This document shows positions 51,336 through 62,700 of a DNA stretch of 64,000 nt, in pieces. Each line of letters begins with the position of its first letter. Positions within the stretch are counted from its first letter, which is position 1. The translations under genes and the position numbers were made by a program. Source of the stretch: an uncultured Bacteroidota bacterium (GTDB lineage: Bacteria > Bacteroidota > Ignavibacteria > UBA10030 > UBA8401); the NCBI GenBank assembly GCA_963827085.1, contig CAWGZY010000002.1, positions 261,889 to 325,888 of the forward strand, written 5' to 3'. The notes beneath the pieces were generated by a model that saw only the letters and a program-made list of their open reading frames with translations, was not told the origin of the DNA and did no database searches.

Positions 51336-54300
51336 ATGGATGACACAAGACCACAATCGCACCGTCAGTATTTACCATTGTGGAATTTCTGGCTTGCAGC
51401 GGCAGTCTGGACAGCCCTCATCGGTTTCTCCTTTGTGTACAATGTACATTCGACACGCTCCATGATGTCGCAAATGGCTCTCTTCGAAGCACGCAGGATT
51501 TTTGAGAGAAACATCGCAAGCAGTCATTGGGAGGCTGGTTCGCTCGGCCTTCAGCTCAACTTCGGATCGAACGCACTCACGCAAGGCCGCATCACGAGTT
51601 TAAAACTCGTCGACGAGAAAAACGCCCCCGATGTCTGGGAACGCACTTCCGTCGAGCGGCTTTCGCACGGAGAAGTTGAAATAGCCGATGTCATGACGGT
51701 CGATGGGTTTCCGTATCTTCGCGTGATGAAACCGCTCGTCGTTACCAGGCGCTGCCTGGATTGCCACTCGGCGCAAGGCTACTCCGAGGGAGAAATAAGG
51801 GGCGGGATAAGCGTTGCCGTACCGCTCAAATCTTCGCAGGAAATCGAAGCAAGAGATCAGAAGGCTTCCCTTCTGTGGCATTTCATTATCTATCTTGTCG
51901 GGCTCGGCGGAATCATAGGGGGAACGATAAGCGTTCAGAAGAAAAGGCGGGCTCACGAATTTGCCCGTGAGGCTCAAGTCTCCGCAGAAAGGAAGCTGGC
52001 ATCTCAGGAGCAATATCTTAAAGCGATCGTTCAGGGCTCGCCGATTGCTGTGGTCGTTTTGGATTTACATCAGATCATCGAGTCATGCAACGAAGCATTC
52101 GAGAACATTTTCGGATACTCCATAACGGAAGCGGTCGGCAAGAACCTGGATGATTTGATCGTTCCGGCTGACCGCAGAACTGAAGCGGAACAATTGACGC
52201 GATCGTCCAACAGCGACGGAAGGGTTCACAAGGAATTGACGTGCCGCCGGAAGGACGGATCACTTGTCGCTGTCAAGGTTTTCGCCAAGTCGATTTCCAT
52301 TAATGGACTCGAAGTGGGAGTCGTAGCGCAGTACGTCGATATCAGCGAGCAGAAGCAATCTAAGGAGAACCTGCAGAGAGAGAGAACGCTCCTTCGGACA
52401 CTCATCGACAACCTGCCAGACGCAATCTACGCCAAAGACACTTCCTGCCGTAAGACCATTGCCAATCCTGCAGACGTGCATAATATGGGGTTGCAGTCAG
52501 AAGCTGACGTCTTAGGCAAAGACGACTTTGACCTTTTCCCAAAAGATGTCGCGGAGGGATTCTTTGCTGACGACCAATCGGTTATTCAAACCGGCATACC
52601 CGTGCTCAATAGAGAAGAATATTTCATTGACGCAGAAGGCCGAAAGCGCTGGCTGGAAACTTCTAAACTTCCTTTGAAGGATGAGCGGGACAAAATTATT
52701 GGCATCATCGGCATCGGTCGCGAAATTACGAAAAGAAAAAATGCCGAAGAAGCACTCAAGCATGAAAAAAGTGTTATGGAAGCCCTGATGGACAACGTCC
52801 CGGACAGCATCTACTTTAAAGACCGCCAATGCCGGCTGACGAAAATCAGCCGAAAGATGTTGAATGATTTGAAAATGAATGATATGAGCCAGGTCATCGG
52901 AAAAACGGACGTGGATTTGTTCGGCGAGGAATTTGGCCGGAAAACACTGGAGAACGACGAGCGCCTGATGGCAATAGGTAAACCAATCGTGGGGTTAACC
53001 GAGAGCAGGAAGTTGGAGGACGGGAGTTTCTATTGGACGTCAACCACGAAGGTACCGCTTCGGGACAACAGCGGCCAAATCGTCGGGCTGGTCGGCATCA
53101 CACGCGAAATCAATGAGTTCATGAAGGCGCAGGAGGAGCGCGAACGTGAACGTAACCTCCTCCGCACGCTTATTGATAACATACCTGACTACATCTATGT
53201 GAAAGACCGGGACGGCCGTTTTATTGTATCCAATACAGCCGTCGTGCATCAAATGGGGCTTGCTTCCGAGAACGAGCTTTTAGGAAAAACTGATTTCGAC
53301 TTTTTCCCCCACGATCTGGCTGCAAAATACTACGCAGAAGAACAAGCGATTATCCAGGCTGATAAGGGAATCTACAATCATGAAGGTCCCTCCGTCGATG
53401 CCAGCAAAGAAGAGAAAGATCGATGGGTTACGACGAACAAAGTCATTCTTCGGGATGGTCAAGGCAGCATCACCGGGTTCGTCGGTATCGGCCGCGACAT
53501 CACTGAGCGAAAACGGGCGGAAGAACAAATTCGTTCCCAATTATCGATTATCGAGGAACAGAATCTCGCGCTCACAACTGCAAATGAGAAAGCACTGGAA
53601 GCCACTAAAGCAAAAAGTGCATTTCTCGCCAGCATGTCGCATGAGCTGCGAACTCCTCTGAATGCCATCATCGGCTACAGCGAAATGCTGGACGAAGAAA
53701 TGGGCGACAATGGCGACGACCGGTATCGCGCAGATGTTGAGAAGGTACGTTCGGCCGGCAAACATCTTTTAGGATTGATCAACGATATTCTCGATCTCTC
53801 GAAGATCGAATCCGGCAAGATGGAGTTGTATCTCGAAGAGTTCGACCTGAAAAACGTGATCGGGGAAGTGGCTTCGATGGTTCAGCCCCTGATCGCTCAG
53901 AATGAGAATACTTTTGTGTTGACGGGGAACGAGGAGTCTCGGCTTGTGCGGCTCGATCTCACGAAGGTCCGACAGATCCTCTTTAATCTTATCAGTAATG
54001 CGTCGAAGTTTACGCAGAATGGCACCGTGTCGCTCGAGGTCGCTTCCGTTCCCGGCGACGCCGCTCCACGGCCGGCAATTCGCTTCAGGGTTTCCGATAC
54101 CGGAATAGGAATTACGAAAGAACAAGAAGAACGGCTTTTTAAAGAGTTTGCTCAAGCGGACGGCTCCACGACTCGCAGGTACGGCGGCACCGGCCTTGGC
54201 CTTGCGATCTCGAAACGATTTTGTGAAATGATGGGAGGTTCGATAGGCATAGAAAGTTCCTCAAGTAAAGGAACTACATTTGTCGCTACTTTACCGCAGC

Positions 54301-55118
54301 GAATTGAGGAACCCCACGAAGGGACGATCCCTATAACAGTACCGTCGATTATCGCAGACAGAGTCTTCCCGAAAAAATCGTGTATCCTTATTATCGATGA
54401 CGATCCCGGTGTGCTGGATTTGTTGACCCGTTATCTTACGAAAGAGGGCTATCTCACTGTAGCCGTCTCGAGCGGCGACGAAGGCCTGCAGCGCGCAAGA
54501 GAAATCATACCTCTCGCAATTATTCTCGATGTTGTGATGCCGTCAAAAGATGGGTGGGCTGTCTTGCAGGAAATAAAGAGCGATCCGGCCTTGGAAGACG
54601 TCCCCGTCGTCATGCATACGATGGTGGACGACAAGAATTTCGGGCTTGCGGTCGGGGCTTCGGAATACCTGACCAAGCCGGTCGATAAAGAAAAGATCCT
54701 GCACGTCATCCAACGGCTCACACCCAAGGTCAAACGCAGCTACGTCCTTGTTGTCGATGACGATTCGGACGCTCGCACTACCATCTGCCGTCCAATCGAG
54801 AAAGCAGGGTGGGAAGTGCGGACTGCCGACAACGGAAAATCAGCCATCGCAATTCTCGAGAAAGAAATCCCCGGCATCATCTTCCTGGATCTCATGATGC
54901 CCGTCATGGATGGATTTGAGTTTCTTGCCATTCTCCAAAACAAAAAAGAGTGGACTCAAATTCCCGTGGTCATCGTCACATCGAAGGACCTCACGATCGA
55001 CGAACGTCAACGATTGAATCGATCCGTCATGAACGTCATCCAGAAGGGGGACCTGACGCCGGACAAACTCCTCAAACAGTTGACGATGCTTGTTCCCCGC
55101 ATGTCGCAGAAACCATAA
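51336..55118 (+). CDS. Hybrid sensor histidine kinase: DUF3365-type heme-c sensor domain (CLDCH), TM, about five PAS/PAC domains, HisKA, HATPase_c, two REC domains
   Basis: RRCLDCHSAQGY (CxxCH). H-box SHELRTPLNAIIGY. G-boxes DTGIGI and GGTGLGL. Receiver Asp contexts IIDDDPG and VVDDDSD. Confidence 0.9.
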   Translation: MDDTRPQSHRQYLPLWNFWLAAAVWTALIGFSFVYNVHSTRSMMSQMALFEARRIFERNIASSHWEAGSLGLQLNFGSNALTQGRITSLKLVDEKNAPDVWERTSVERLSHGEVEIADVMTVDGFPYLRVMKPLVVTRRCLDCHSAQGYSEGEIRGGISVAVPLKSSQEIEARDQKASLLWHFIIYLVGLGGIIGGTISVQKKRRAHEFAREAQVSAERKLASQEQYLKAIVQGSPIAVVVLDLHQIIESCNEAFENIFGYSITEAVGKNLDDLIVPADRRTEAEQLTRSSNSDGRVHKELTCRRKDGSLVAVKVFAKSISINGLEVGVVAQYVDISEQKQSKENLQRERTLLRTLIDNLPDAIYAKDTSCRKTIANPADVHNMGLQSEADVLGKDDFDLFPKDVAEGFFADDQSVIQTGIPVLNREEYFIDAEGRKRWLETSKLPLKDERDKIIGIIGIGREITKRKNAEEALKHEKSVMEALMDNVPDSIYFKDRQCRLTKISRKMLNDLKMNDMSQVIGKTDVDLFGEEFGRKTLENDERLMAIGKPIVGLTESRKLEDGSFYWTSTTKVPLRDNSGQIVGLVGITREINEFMKAQEERERERNLLRTLIDNIPDYIYVKDRDGRFIVSNTAVVHQMGLASENELLGKTDFDFFPHDLAAKYYAEEQAIIQADKGIYNHEGPSVDASKEEKDRWVTTNKVILRDGQGSITGFVGIGRDITERKRAEEQIRSQLSIIEEQNLALTTANEKALEATKAKSAFLASMSHELRTPLNAIIGYSEMLDEEMGDNGDDRYRADVEKVRSAGKHLLGLINDILDLSKIESGKMELYLEEFDLKNVIGEVASMVQPLIAQNENTFVLTGNEESRLVRLDLTKVRQILFNLISNASKFTQNGTVSLEVASVPGDAAPRPAIRFRVSDTGIGITKEQEERLFKEFAQADGSTTRRYGGTGLGLAISKRFCEMMGGSIGIESSSSKGTTFVATLPQRIEEPHEGTIPITVPSIIADRVFPKKSCILIIDDDPGVLDLLTRYLTKEGYLTVAVSSGDEGLQRAREIIPLAIILDVVMPSKDGWAVLQEIKSDPALEDVPVVMHTMVDDKNFGLAVGASEYLTKPVDKEKILHVIQRLTPKVKRSYVLVVDDDSDARTTICRPIEKAGWEVRTADNGKSAIAILEKEIPGIIFLDLMMPVMDGFEFLAILQNKKEWTQIPVVIVTSKDLTIDERQRLNRSVMNVIQKGDLTPDKLLKQLTMLVPRMSQKP

Positions 55119-55137
55119 CATTGAGAATCGGCAGCCA

Positions 55138-55506
55138 ATGGCCCAAATACTTCTCGTCGAAGACAATGATGCAAACCGTGAAATGCTCTCCCGCCGCCTC
55201 AAAAGACGCGGGTTTACAATCATCGAGGCCGTGGATGGCCAGCGTGCAATCGAGACTGCACAATCTGCAAGACCTGACCTCATCCTCATGGACATGAGTC
55301 TCCCCGTGATTGACGGATGGGAAGCGACAAAGCGGATCAAGGGAGATCCGGAGCTCAAGCACATACCCATTGTCGGATTGACGGCGCACGCTATGGTTGG
55401 AGATCGTGAAATGGCATTACAGGCTGGATGTGACGAGTATGCAACGAAACCGGTGGACTTTGAACGGTTGGTAGAGACGATCAATCGGCTTCTTGCAAAT
55501 CCCTAA
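55138..55506 (+). CDS. Single-domain response regulator (CheY-like)
   Basis: MAQILLVEDNDANREML...LILMDMSLPVIDGWE...KPVD. Confidence 0.85.
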   Translation: MAQILLVEDNDANREMLSRRLKRRGFTIIEAVDGQRAIETAQSARPDLILMDMSLPVIDGWEATKRIKGDPELKHIPIVGLTAHAMVGDREMALQAGCDEYATKPVDFERLVETINRLLANP

Positions 55507-55569
55507 CGGCACTATGAGTTGTCGACCGGATTCCTTACCGTAAACTCCAACCCTTTTCCTTTCTTAGCC

Positions 55570-56022
55570 TCACCGAAGCACCACGCCCGATTCCCCGGAT
55601 GTTGCGAGAACTGCGCCCGTATTCGAACCTTTGACTCTAATCCCCGAATGTCCCGCAGCTTGAACATTCGCATAATACGAATCCAACAGAAGAGCGACAG
55701 CTTTCTTGTCATCTTCGCTGTAACTGTTCCATCGCTCTTCGTTAAATACGCATGTCGATGACGGTGTATGGTACTCGATCACGAATCCTACTTGGATCCA
55801 GCTTTCAACGATGTGGCGCCTCACTTCCGGATCGTTGGTATAGATATCGTCGGCGTTCCGGCTTCCAAGATAACCTTTGATCACGAAAACGGCGCCACCA
55901 AGGACAAACAACAAGAGAACAAATACGATTTTTCTGTTCTTCCGATTGCGCTTCAAAATAAGTTCGGAGTTGGCCTTCATACCCTCCGTAAACATCTTTT
56001 CTTCATCTTCTGCAAATCCCAT
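55570..56022 (-). CDS. Hypothetical membrane-anchored protein
   Basis: 150-aa ORF with one TM helix (IVFVLLLFVLGGAVFVI). Confidence 0.4.
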   Translation of the reverse strand: MGFAEDEEKMFTEGMKANSELILKRNRKNRKIVFVLLLFVLGGAVFVIKGYLGSRNADDIYTNDPEVRRHIVESWIQVGFVIEYHTPSSTCVFNEERWNSYSEDDKKAVALLLDSYYANVQAAGHSGIRVKGSNTGAVLATSGESGVVLR

Positions 56023-56074
56023 GAGAGCATCTCCTTTTTAGGGTGCAACAGAAACTATTCCGTTGAATGGTCGA

Positions 56075-56220
56075 CTGATGTTACGCAAAAATCCTTTTTG
56101 ACACACCCCCAACCCCTCTCTCTTTCGCCGCACGCTCACACACAGAGGGGAGCGGCGGGGTGTGTCCTTTGTTTAGTGGAGCACTTCCTTCATAAATTTT
56201 TCAGAATGCGTAACATCAAT
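56075..56220. repeat. MITE family 2, copy H4, in inverted orientation. Abuts the family-1 element at 56224-56358, giving a composite that mirrors 5075-5346.
   Basis: ctgatgttacgcaaaaatcc ... cagaatgcgtaacatcaat. Confidence 0.65.
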
Positions 56221-56223
56221 AAT

Positions 56224-56358
56224 TAGAGACTTCTGAATAATTCCAAAAGTCTGCTCACGCAAAGGTATAGCTTCGCCAGACGCAAAGTCGCAAAATGATT
56301 TAAAAATAGGCTCCTTGCGCCTTGGCGGCTTGGCGCGAGACGATTTTTCAGATGTCTC
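56224..56358. repeat. MITE family 1, copy E, in inverted orientation. Its interior contains the family-4 motif cgccagacgcaaagtcgc.
   Basis: agagacttctgaataattcc ... atttttcagatgtctc. Confidence 0.7.
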
Positions 56359-56473
56359 AATTAACTCTGAATTCCGCGTCAAGCGCGGAATGACATGCTT
56401 TTTCTCTTCATCGACCTCGATCTTTGATGATGGACTTTCACTCTACCTTCCTTTTTGCACCGCAAACATCATT

Positions 56474-57388
56474 CTATAGATAAATCCCGTACCAAATGAC
56501 GGAGGGGCTGAGTCTAACTGCCGGCATCGGCAGGTGTATATAGTTAAGAAACTTCCACACTTTTCGGAGTAACGGCGAATCGCCGGGAAGCTTCCGCAAA
56601 TCGAGGTCGAGCGCCAGATACAGCCCGGCGGATGGGTTGCCGCTCTGCAGTCCTTGTACCGTTCGCCCGACAGCAAGTCCGATAATCGGAGGCCAATAAC
56701 CCCGGAGATTTTCCGGCAGCAGATCGTGGACGGTGATTCCGATCCAGAATTTTTGCCCTTCATTGTCTTCAAGAAAACCTGGCTGCATCTGGCCTGGTGC
56801 AAGAACGTTATTCTTGGACGCAACGTACGAAAATTTTGGCGTGAAACTGTTCAGCAATGGGACATAATACTGCGCGACCGGGTACCCGGCCCCCAATACA
56901 TTGGCCAACTCTTTGACAGGGTCGAATCCAATGTAATTAACATGCCCGTCTTCTATCTTCATGAAAGTGAAAAAAGCGAGGGAAGTTGCCGCTCCGTAAA
57001 GAACCGCATCCCGGTCATCATAGCCTGCCCATGAAAATCCCATTGTGGAAATTACGTTTCCCATTGCGCTTCCGTAAAAATGAAGAAGCTTATCCTGATT
57101 TCGAGCAGCAAAATCTTGGCGAAAAAAAAACGACGTGTAATGCTCCTTCCACAGCGGCTCGTACCGGGCGAAGTAGACTGCAGCCCCGCTCGCTAAAACA
57201 GTGCTGCCAAAAACGGAAAGCCGTGTTATGCTGATTTGAGATGAATCTGCAGGCATTGTATTTATTCTTTGGGGTTGTGGTACGACAAGACCGGTGGGCA
57301 GAAAGCAGCAGATTATCAAAAAAAAATGCTGAAACAATGCATCTCCTCGCCGCCTTTTAGAGAGAAACCTTCTTGTCAGGATTGTCAT
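56474..57388 (-). CDS. Hypothetical exported/membrane protein. Start may be the internal Met corresponding to coordinate 57256.
   Basis: 304-aa ORF with N-terminal hydrophobic segments and no recognisable family. Confidence 0.45.
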   Translation of the reverse strand: MTILTRRFLSKRRRGDALFQHFFLIICCFLPTGLVVPQPQRINTMPADSSQISITRLSVFGSTVLASGAAVYFARYEPLWKEHYTSFFFRQDFAARNQDKLLHFYGSAMGNVISTMGFSWAGYDDRDAVLYGAATSLAFFTFMKIEDGHVNYIGFDPVKELANVLGAGYPVAQYYVPLLNSFTPKFSYVASKNNVLAPGQMQPGFLEDNEGQKFWIGITVHDLLPENLRGYWPPIIGLAVGRTVQGLQSGNPSAGLYLALDLDLRKLPGDSPLLRKVWKFLNYIHLPMPAVRLSPSVIWYGIYL

Positions 57389-57529
57389 TTCTTTGCCTTA
57401 TTGTCCACATTCGCAATAAGGAATCCTCGCTGCAAGCAGCGATGTATTTTTGTCATGCCCACCTAGGCGGACATCCAGATTCCGGATTCTCGGCAAATCT
57501 TAGATTCGTGGAACGACCCTGCGGTCTTT

Positions 57530-58090
57530 TTAGGTCAATTCAACTTTTTCAGGAACGGCCATCGCACCGATCGTATTGCATACCTGCTCGACTTCATACT
57601 TCCGTGTTTCACTGAAACTTTTCAACACTTGTGCAATTCGTTTCGATTCTTTTTCTATCGAATTGATATCCATCGTCAGTTCCTGCGACAGCTGAACCGA
57701 CCGTCTGACTTTGCCGAGTGTAAGGGCTATAACGGCAAGCGGATTATTGACTTGATGCTGTAAACCTAATACCACTTCCCGCATTGTGGAAAGTTGGGTT
57801 TCTTTTGTCTGCAATTCCTGCTCTTTTATTAATCTTTGAGTTTCACTTTCGTGAAGTCTTGCGCGGATGTTCAATACTTTTACCCACGTCATTGCCAACA
57901 GCCACATGAAAGGAAGGGCGTTGAACAATTCCAGAACATCATAAACAGTTACTGCCGCGTGCCTTGCAATGATAAAAAGCCTGATCATCACCATGAATAA
58001 ATACAAATAGATAATATAACCGGAAATGACAGCCGGATATTTTGTCGGCAATTCTCTGATCGAGCGGAAAAGATTGACAAGTGTTTTCAT
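57530..58090 (-). CDS. Membrane protein with a HisKA-like phosphoacceptor/dimerisation domain but no ATPase domain
   Basis: Two TM helices, then an H-box-like LGLQHQVNNPLAVI. 186 aa in total. Confidence 0.5.
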   Translation of the reverse strand: MKTLVNLFRSIRELPTKYPAVISGYIIYLYLFMVMIRLFIIARHAAVTVYDVLELFNALPFMWLLAMTWVKVLNIRARLHESETQRLIKEQELQTKETQLSTMREVVLGLQHQVNNPLAVIALTLGKVRRSVQLSQELTMDINSIEKESKRIAQVLKSFSETRKYEVEQVCNTIGAMAVPEKVELT

Positions 58091-58384
58091 AACAAGTGAA
58101 GGCTCCTTTTGGTGTCTCAGTTTGTCGGAGAAACGATTTCGTGCCTTAGTAACTCAGTGGCTCATGAAAGTTTTTTCCAGCAACCTGCTGGAAATGCGGC
58201 CGATAAGTTCGACTCTGGGTTTTTCTCCGTGGTTCCCTGAGCCGCTTTTGTGTTTCTCTATGAAACAGTCTTTTGCGACACTGAGTGGCACCGAGATTCA
58301 CAGAGCTCCACAGAGAAAATGGGTTTCCGACCCGATCTTTAGTGCTGTTTCTCAAAAATAATCTTGTATTTTTTTAACCGCGAA

Positions 58385-58565
58385 GACGCCAAGCACGCCA
58401 AGAAGCGATGAGTATAAAGAATTACAATACTCTTGGCGTTCTCCGCGCCTTGTGCCGACCCGAAGGTCCAAAGGACTCCATTGGAGGTTCCCTTGGAAAG
58501 GCATCTCCCAACGGGATCGCTTCGCGAACTTCGTGAGCGGTAAAACACAAGATTATGTATTGGAA
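58385..58565. repeat. Family-2-related repeat fragment. Shares the 30-bp core ggcatctcccaacgggatcgcttcgcgaac with 25961-26176.
   Basis: Exact 30-mer match plus the flanking cgccaag / cttggcg inverted repeats. Confidence 0.55.
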
Positions 58566-59701
58566 ATGTCACTTATTTCTTTCAACAACCTTATCCTTAC
58601 GGTTGTACCTATCTTCTCTGCATTTTCAATCGTGAGGCTCCCGCCGTAGAGTTCTGCAAGGGTTTTTGCGATAACCAGACCAAGACCTGCCCCTTGCTGC
58701 TCATAATGACGGCGTTCAAATTGCTGGAATGCGGCGACGTTACGTATTTGCTCCTTAGACATACCGCGGCCTTCATCCCGCACTGTGATCGTTACCTCGT
58801 CGTTAATTTCCTCGCTCGAAATATATATCTTTGTTCCGGGTTCCGAGAATTTTAACGCGTTGTTAATAACCTCCTCAACGATTTTTGTCAGATGCTCCGA
58901 CGTTATTTTTACTGAAAGTTCATTGACTGCAATGAGAATTGAATCCGGGCGCTTCTGGGCCACTGCTTCCTGCTCCGCGGCCGACCGGACGACCTCACGC
59001 AATAATGCCGCTGATTCCCGGCGCATTGTCGCGATGCTGTTTTGATCGTTCATCCAAAACTGTAATTCTCCGAAAAGAATCATGTTTTCCAACAAATGAT
59101 GGAGCCGCCGTCCCGATTTGTGAATGAATGCACCGATCTCTTTTATTTCCTCAGCGGGCAGATCGCTTTCTTCTTGCAGAATCTGAGCATACCCGAGTAT
59201 GGCATGCAGGGGAGTGCGAAATTCATGCGGCAGAGACTGTACAATACTTGTTTTAATGTCGTCAAAGTGTGATTCGTAATATTTCTGCAATCCTTTTTTT
59301 TGAATGAGCCGCGCCTTTATTGCACTGATAAGGTCACCGGAGGTAAATGGTTTTGTGAGATAGTCATCTGCACCAAGCTGCATCCCTTGCCGCAAATCGC
59401 TCTTTTCCGCATTGCCTGTCAAAAAAATAAACGGGATGGCGGCACATTCGGGATCCTCTTTCAACATGCCGAGCAATGTGTGGCCATCCATCTTCGGCAT
59501 CTTAATGTCGCAAAGGACAAGGTCCGGGTGGTGTATTTTTACAGCCGTCAAACCATCCAGGCCGTTGATTGCCTCGATAGTGTCATAGCCTATCGTGTTG
59601 AGTGTCGCCGATATCATCGCACGGTAGTCGTCATCATCGTCAATGACAAGGATCTTCTGCTGCGGAACGTGAGACAGTGTATTCGTCGCTGCATGTTTCA
59701 T
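58553..59701 (-). CDS. Response-regulator / histidine-kinase hybrid (REC-HisKA-HATPase_c)
   Basis: ILVIDDDDDYR...LCDIKMPKMDG (REC). HEFRTPLHAILGY (H-box). GAGLGL (G2). Confidence 0.85.
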   Translation of the reverse strand: MKHAATNTLSHVPQQKILVIDDDDDYRAMISATLNTIGYDTIEAINGLDGLTAVKIHHPDLVLCDIKMPKMDGHTLLGMLKEDPECAAIPFIFLTGNAEKSDLRQGMQLGADDYLTKPFTSGDLISAIKARLIQKKGLQKYYESHFDDIKTSIVQSLPHEFRTPLHAILGYAQILQEESDLPAEEIKEIGAFIHKSGRRLHHLLENMILFGELQFWMNDQNSIATMRRESAALLREVVRSAAEQEAVAQKRPDSILIAVNELSVKITSEHLTKIVEEVINNALKFSEPGTKIYISSEEINDEVTITVRDEGRGMSKEQIRNVAAFQQFERRHYEQQGAGLGLVIAKTLAELYGGSLTIENAEKIGTTVRIRLLKEISDISNT

Positions 59702-59725
59702 GTCGATGGATTCCTCTCCATCCCC

Positions 59726-62700
59726 TCATTGTACGTCAATCGCTTTACGGATCTTCTGTAAAACTTCATCCTGCATATACGGCTTCTGAATAAAATCCTT
59801 CAGCCCGGCCTTGAACATCTCGGACTTCGTTTCCGGATCGAAAAATCCGCTTGCGAAGATTACTTTTGCTTCCGGGTTGATTGCTCGAATTTTCCTGAAT
59901 ACGTCATGACCGCCAAGGGCAGGAAGCCCGATGTCGGAGAGAATAACGGCTATTTCTTTTTGATGGCTCCGGTACATTTCCACTCCTTGCAGGCCGTCTT
60001 CTGCGGTCAATACCGCGTAACCCTTCAAAACAAGAATGCTCTTTGCAAGAGTCCTCAGGACCTCTTCGTCCTCGATCAACAAAATTGTCTCCGTCCCGCC
60101 CGGTATTCCCTCAAGGTTTTTTTTTGCTGCTGCCATTTCTACGCCTGCTCGCTCCGGTATCGGAAGATACACGGTGAAACTCGTTCCTTCGCCGAGTACG
60201 CTCCGAACATCAATAAAGCCGTGGTGGTGTTCCACGATGCCAAACACCACAGCAAGACCTAAGCCGGTTCCTTTTCCGGGACCTTTTGTTGTAAAGAAGG
60301 GTTCAAAGATTCTCTGACGCGTTGATTCGTCCATTCCAATTCCCGTATCGGCGACTTCAACCTTGACATACTGCCTGGCAGTTGCGTTTGTGAATCGCGA
60401 GCTAATAGTTTCACCTTTGACGGCCCTGGTTGTAATTGAAAGCATTCCGCTGCTTGGCATTGCGTCCCGTGCATTCACGAGGAGGTTCAACAACAGTTGA
60501 TGAATCTGGCTCGAATCGGCAACGATCGCGGGTAAATCTTGCTGGAGAGATGTAGAGATGGTGATGGTCTTGGAAAATGTCTCTTGCAGAAGTTTGGTGA
60601 TTTCCCTTATGGTGTCGTTGATTTTAACCGATTCTAAAACTGGTTCAGTTTTCCGTGCAAAGAGCATGAGCTGTTTGACCAACGAAGCGCCGCGCTGCGA
60701 TGCCTTCATAATTGCAGCGACGCTCTCTGCATACATTTTCGAATCTTCCCGCAGGCGTTCCAGGAGGCTTGTATGGCCCATAATGATGCCGAGAATGTTA
60801 TTGAAATCGTGGGCGATCCCACTGGCGAGTGTTCCGATGCTTTCAAGTTTTTGAGCTTGAATTAGCTGTGATTCTAAGGAAAGCTCTGAGGTAATGTCGC
60901 GTTTCACTCCGACATAATTGATGATTTTTCCCTTCTCGTTGAAAACGGGTGAGATGGACGTCTCATCGGTGAACAATGTTCCATCCTTCTTTTTGTTGAT
61001 GAATCTGCCGCTCCATTTTCCCCCCGTGGAGATCGTTTCCCAAAGGTTCTCATAAAACTCGGTGTTTTGCCGTCCGCTTTTCAAGATGCGTGGATTCTGA
61101 CCAATCACCTCCGAACGCCGATGGCCGGTGATTCGTTCAAATGCCGGGTTGACATATTGAACGATGCCTTGGGGATCAGTGACAAGAATGGCTTCTGCAG
61201 TCTGCTCAAAAGCAGTTATCAAGCGCTGCCGTTCTTCTTCAGCTCGCTTGCGCTCGGTGATGTCGCGATCGATGCTGATGGAGTGCAGCTTTCCTCTCCA
61301 AATGATCGGCATGCCCGTGTACTCAATAATATTATCTTTTCCATCAGGCCGAATCCACGAGAAGGAACCCACATATCCCGATCCCGGGGTACGGGATTCC
61401 GAACTCTTGTCTTTTGCTGTGTCTGTAAGGGGTATCTGGAGTCCCAGCGTATTTCCCAGCGTGAGCAGTTCTTCGCGAGTCCGGCCTGCCATGCCGGCAT
61501 ATTGATTATTACACTCGACCAGTCTTCGTTTGGCAGGGTTAGGGTCTTCAATGTAAATACTGATGCCGTCAAAGATATTCTCGAACACCATCCGAAACCT
61601 TTCTTCAGACTCCCGAACTGCATCGTCCACCCGTTTCCGCTCGGTGATATCGGTGATCATCGCAAAGCTGCCGATGAACACTTCTTGACTGTCCATAATT
61701 ACTTTGGCGGAAAACAAGAACCATTTTTCGCTGCCATCTTTGCACCGGAGTCTTCGGTCATACTGTCCGCTTATTCCGCGTTTACGCCGCTGGAATTCTT
61801 CTGCCTGCATGGAACGCTCATCGTCGACCACGAGGTCGATGAACGGTTTGCCGATCAACTCCTCGGGAGCATACCCCAGCATACGCACAACCGCATCGTT
61901 CACCTCGGTTGTTCTAAATTCGCTGTCGAGAAACCATACTCCTTCGAGCGCCGTTTCAATAACGCGCCGGAATTTTTCCTCACTTTTCTGCAGCGCCTGT
62001 TCCGCTTGCTTGCGCTCGCTAACATCGGAGGCAACGCCGACGAGCGCGACGGCACATCCCTTATCATCACGCACAATGGATGTGGAAAGAGACGCGAAAA
62101 ATTCGCGACCGTCTTTTGCCCGGTTCAAAAGTTCTCCGTGCCAGCCATCATCCCGCGCCGCGTTGTAAATTGCGGCGGCAAGATTTGGAGGATTGTTCGG
62201 CGAGTGAAGGATGTTGACATTCTTTCCCAGTATTTCATGCTCGGCGTACCCGTATGTGGTCAGAAACGCATCGTTGACAAAGAGGATGGTGTCATCCATG
62301 TCAGTGATGCTCACACATTCGCCGATGCATTTTACCGTGTGGGCAAGCAAGTTGATCTGTTTCTCTGCCCGCTTGCGCTCGGTGATATCCTCCATGATGA
62401 TATGCACCAGGGTCACCTGATTGTGATCGTCAAGTATAGGGACATACCGCAAATAGGTATAAATGGTTTTTTCCCATTTGGAGGTATACGGATACTCGCC
62501 GAAGCTGGCCCGACCCTTTTCAATACAGGATTTGAGCGCAGCCGAGATGCCGGACTTGATGAGCGGTTGAAATGTCAACAGGTTTATTTTCTTTGTCTCC
62601 TCGACAGATGGGGACCCTAGAATTTGGAGTGCTGCGGGGTTCACCTCAAGGATTTGTCCTGATCCATTCGCAAGCAGGATCCCAAGCGGCGCATGTTCGT

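Noticed and set aside
61067-62620. 517-aa plus-strand ORF
   Set aside because: It is antisense to the multi-PAS histidine kinase, whose reading frame has unambiguous PAS and HisKA motifs.
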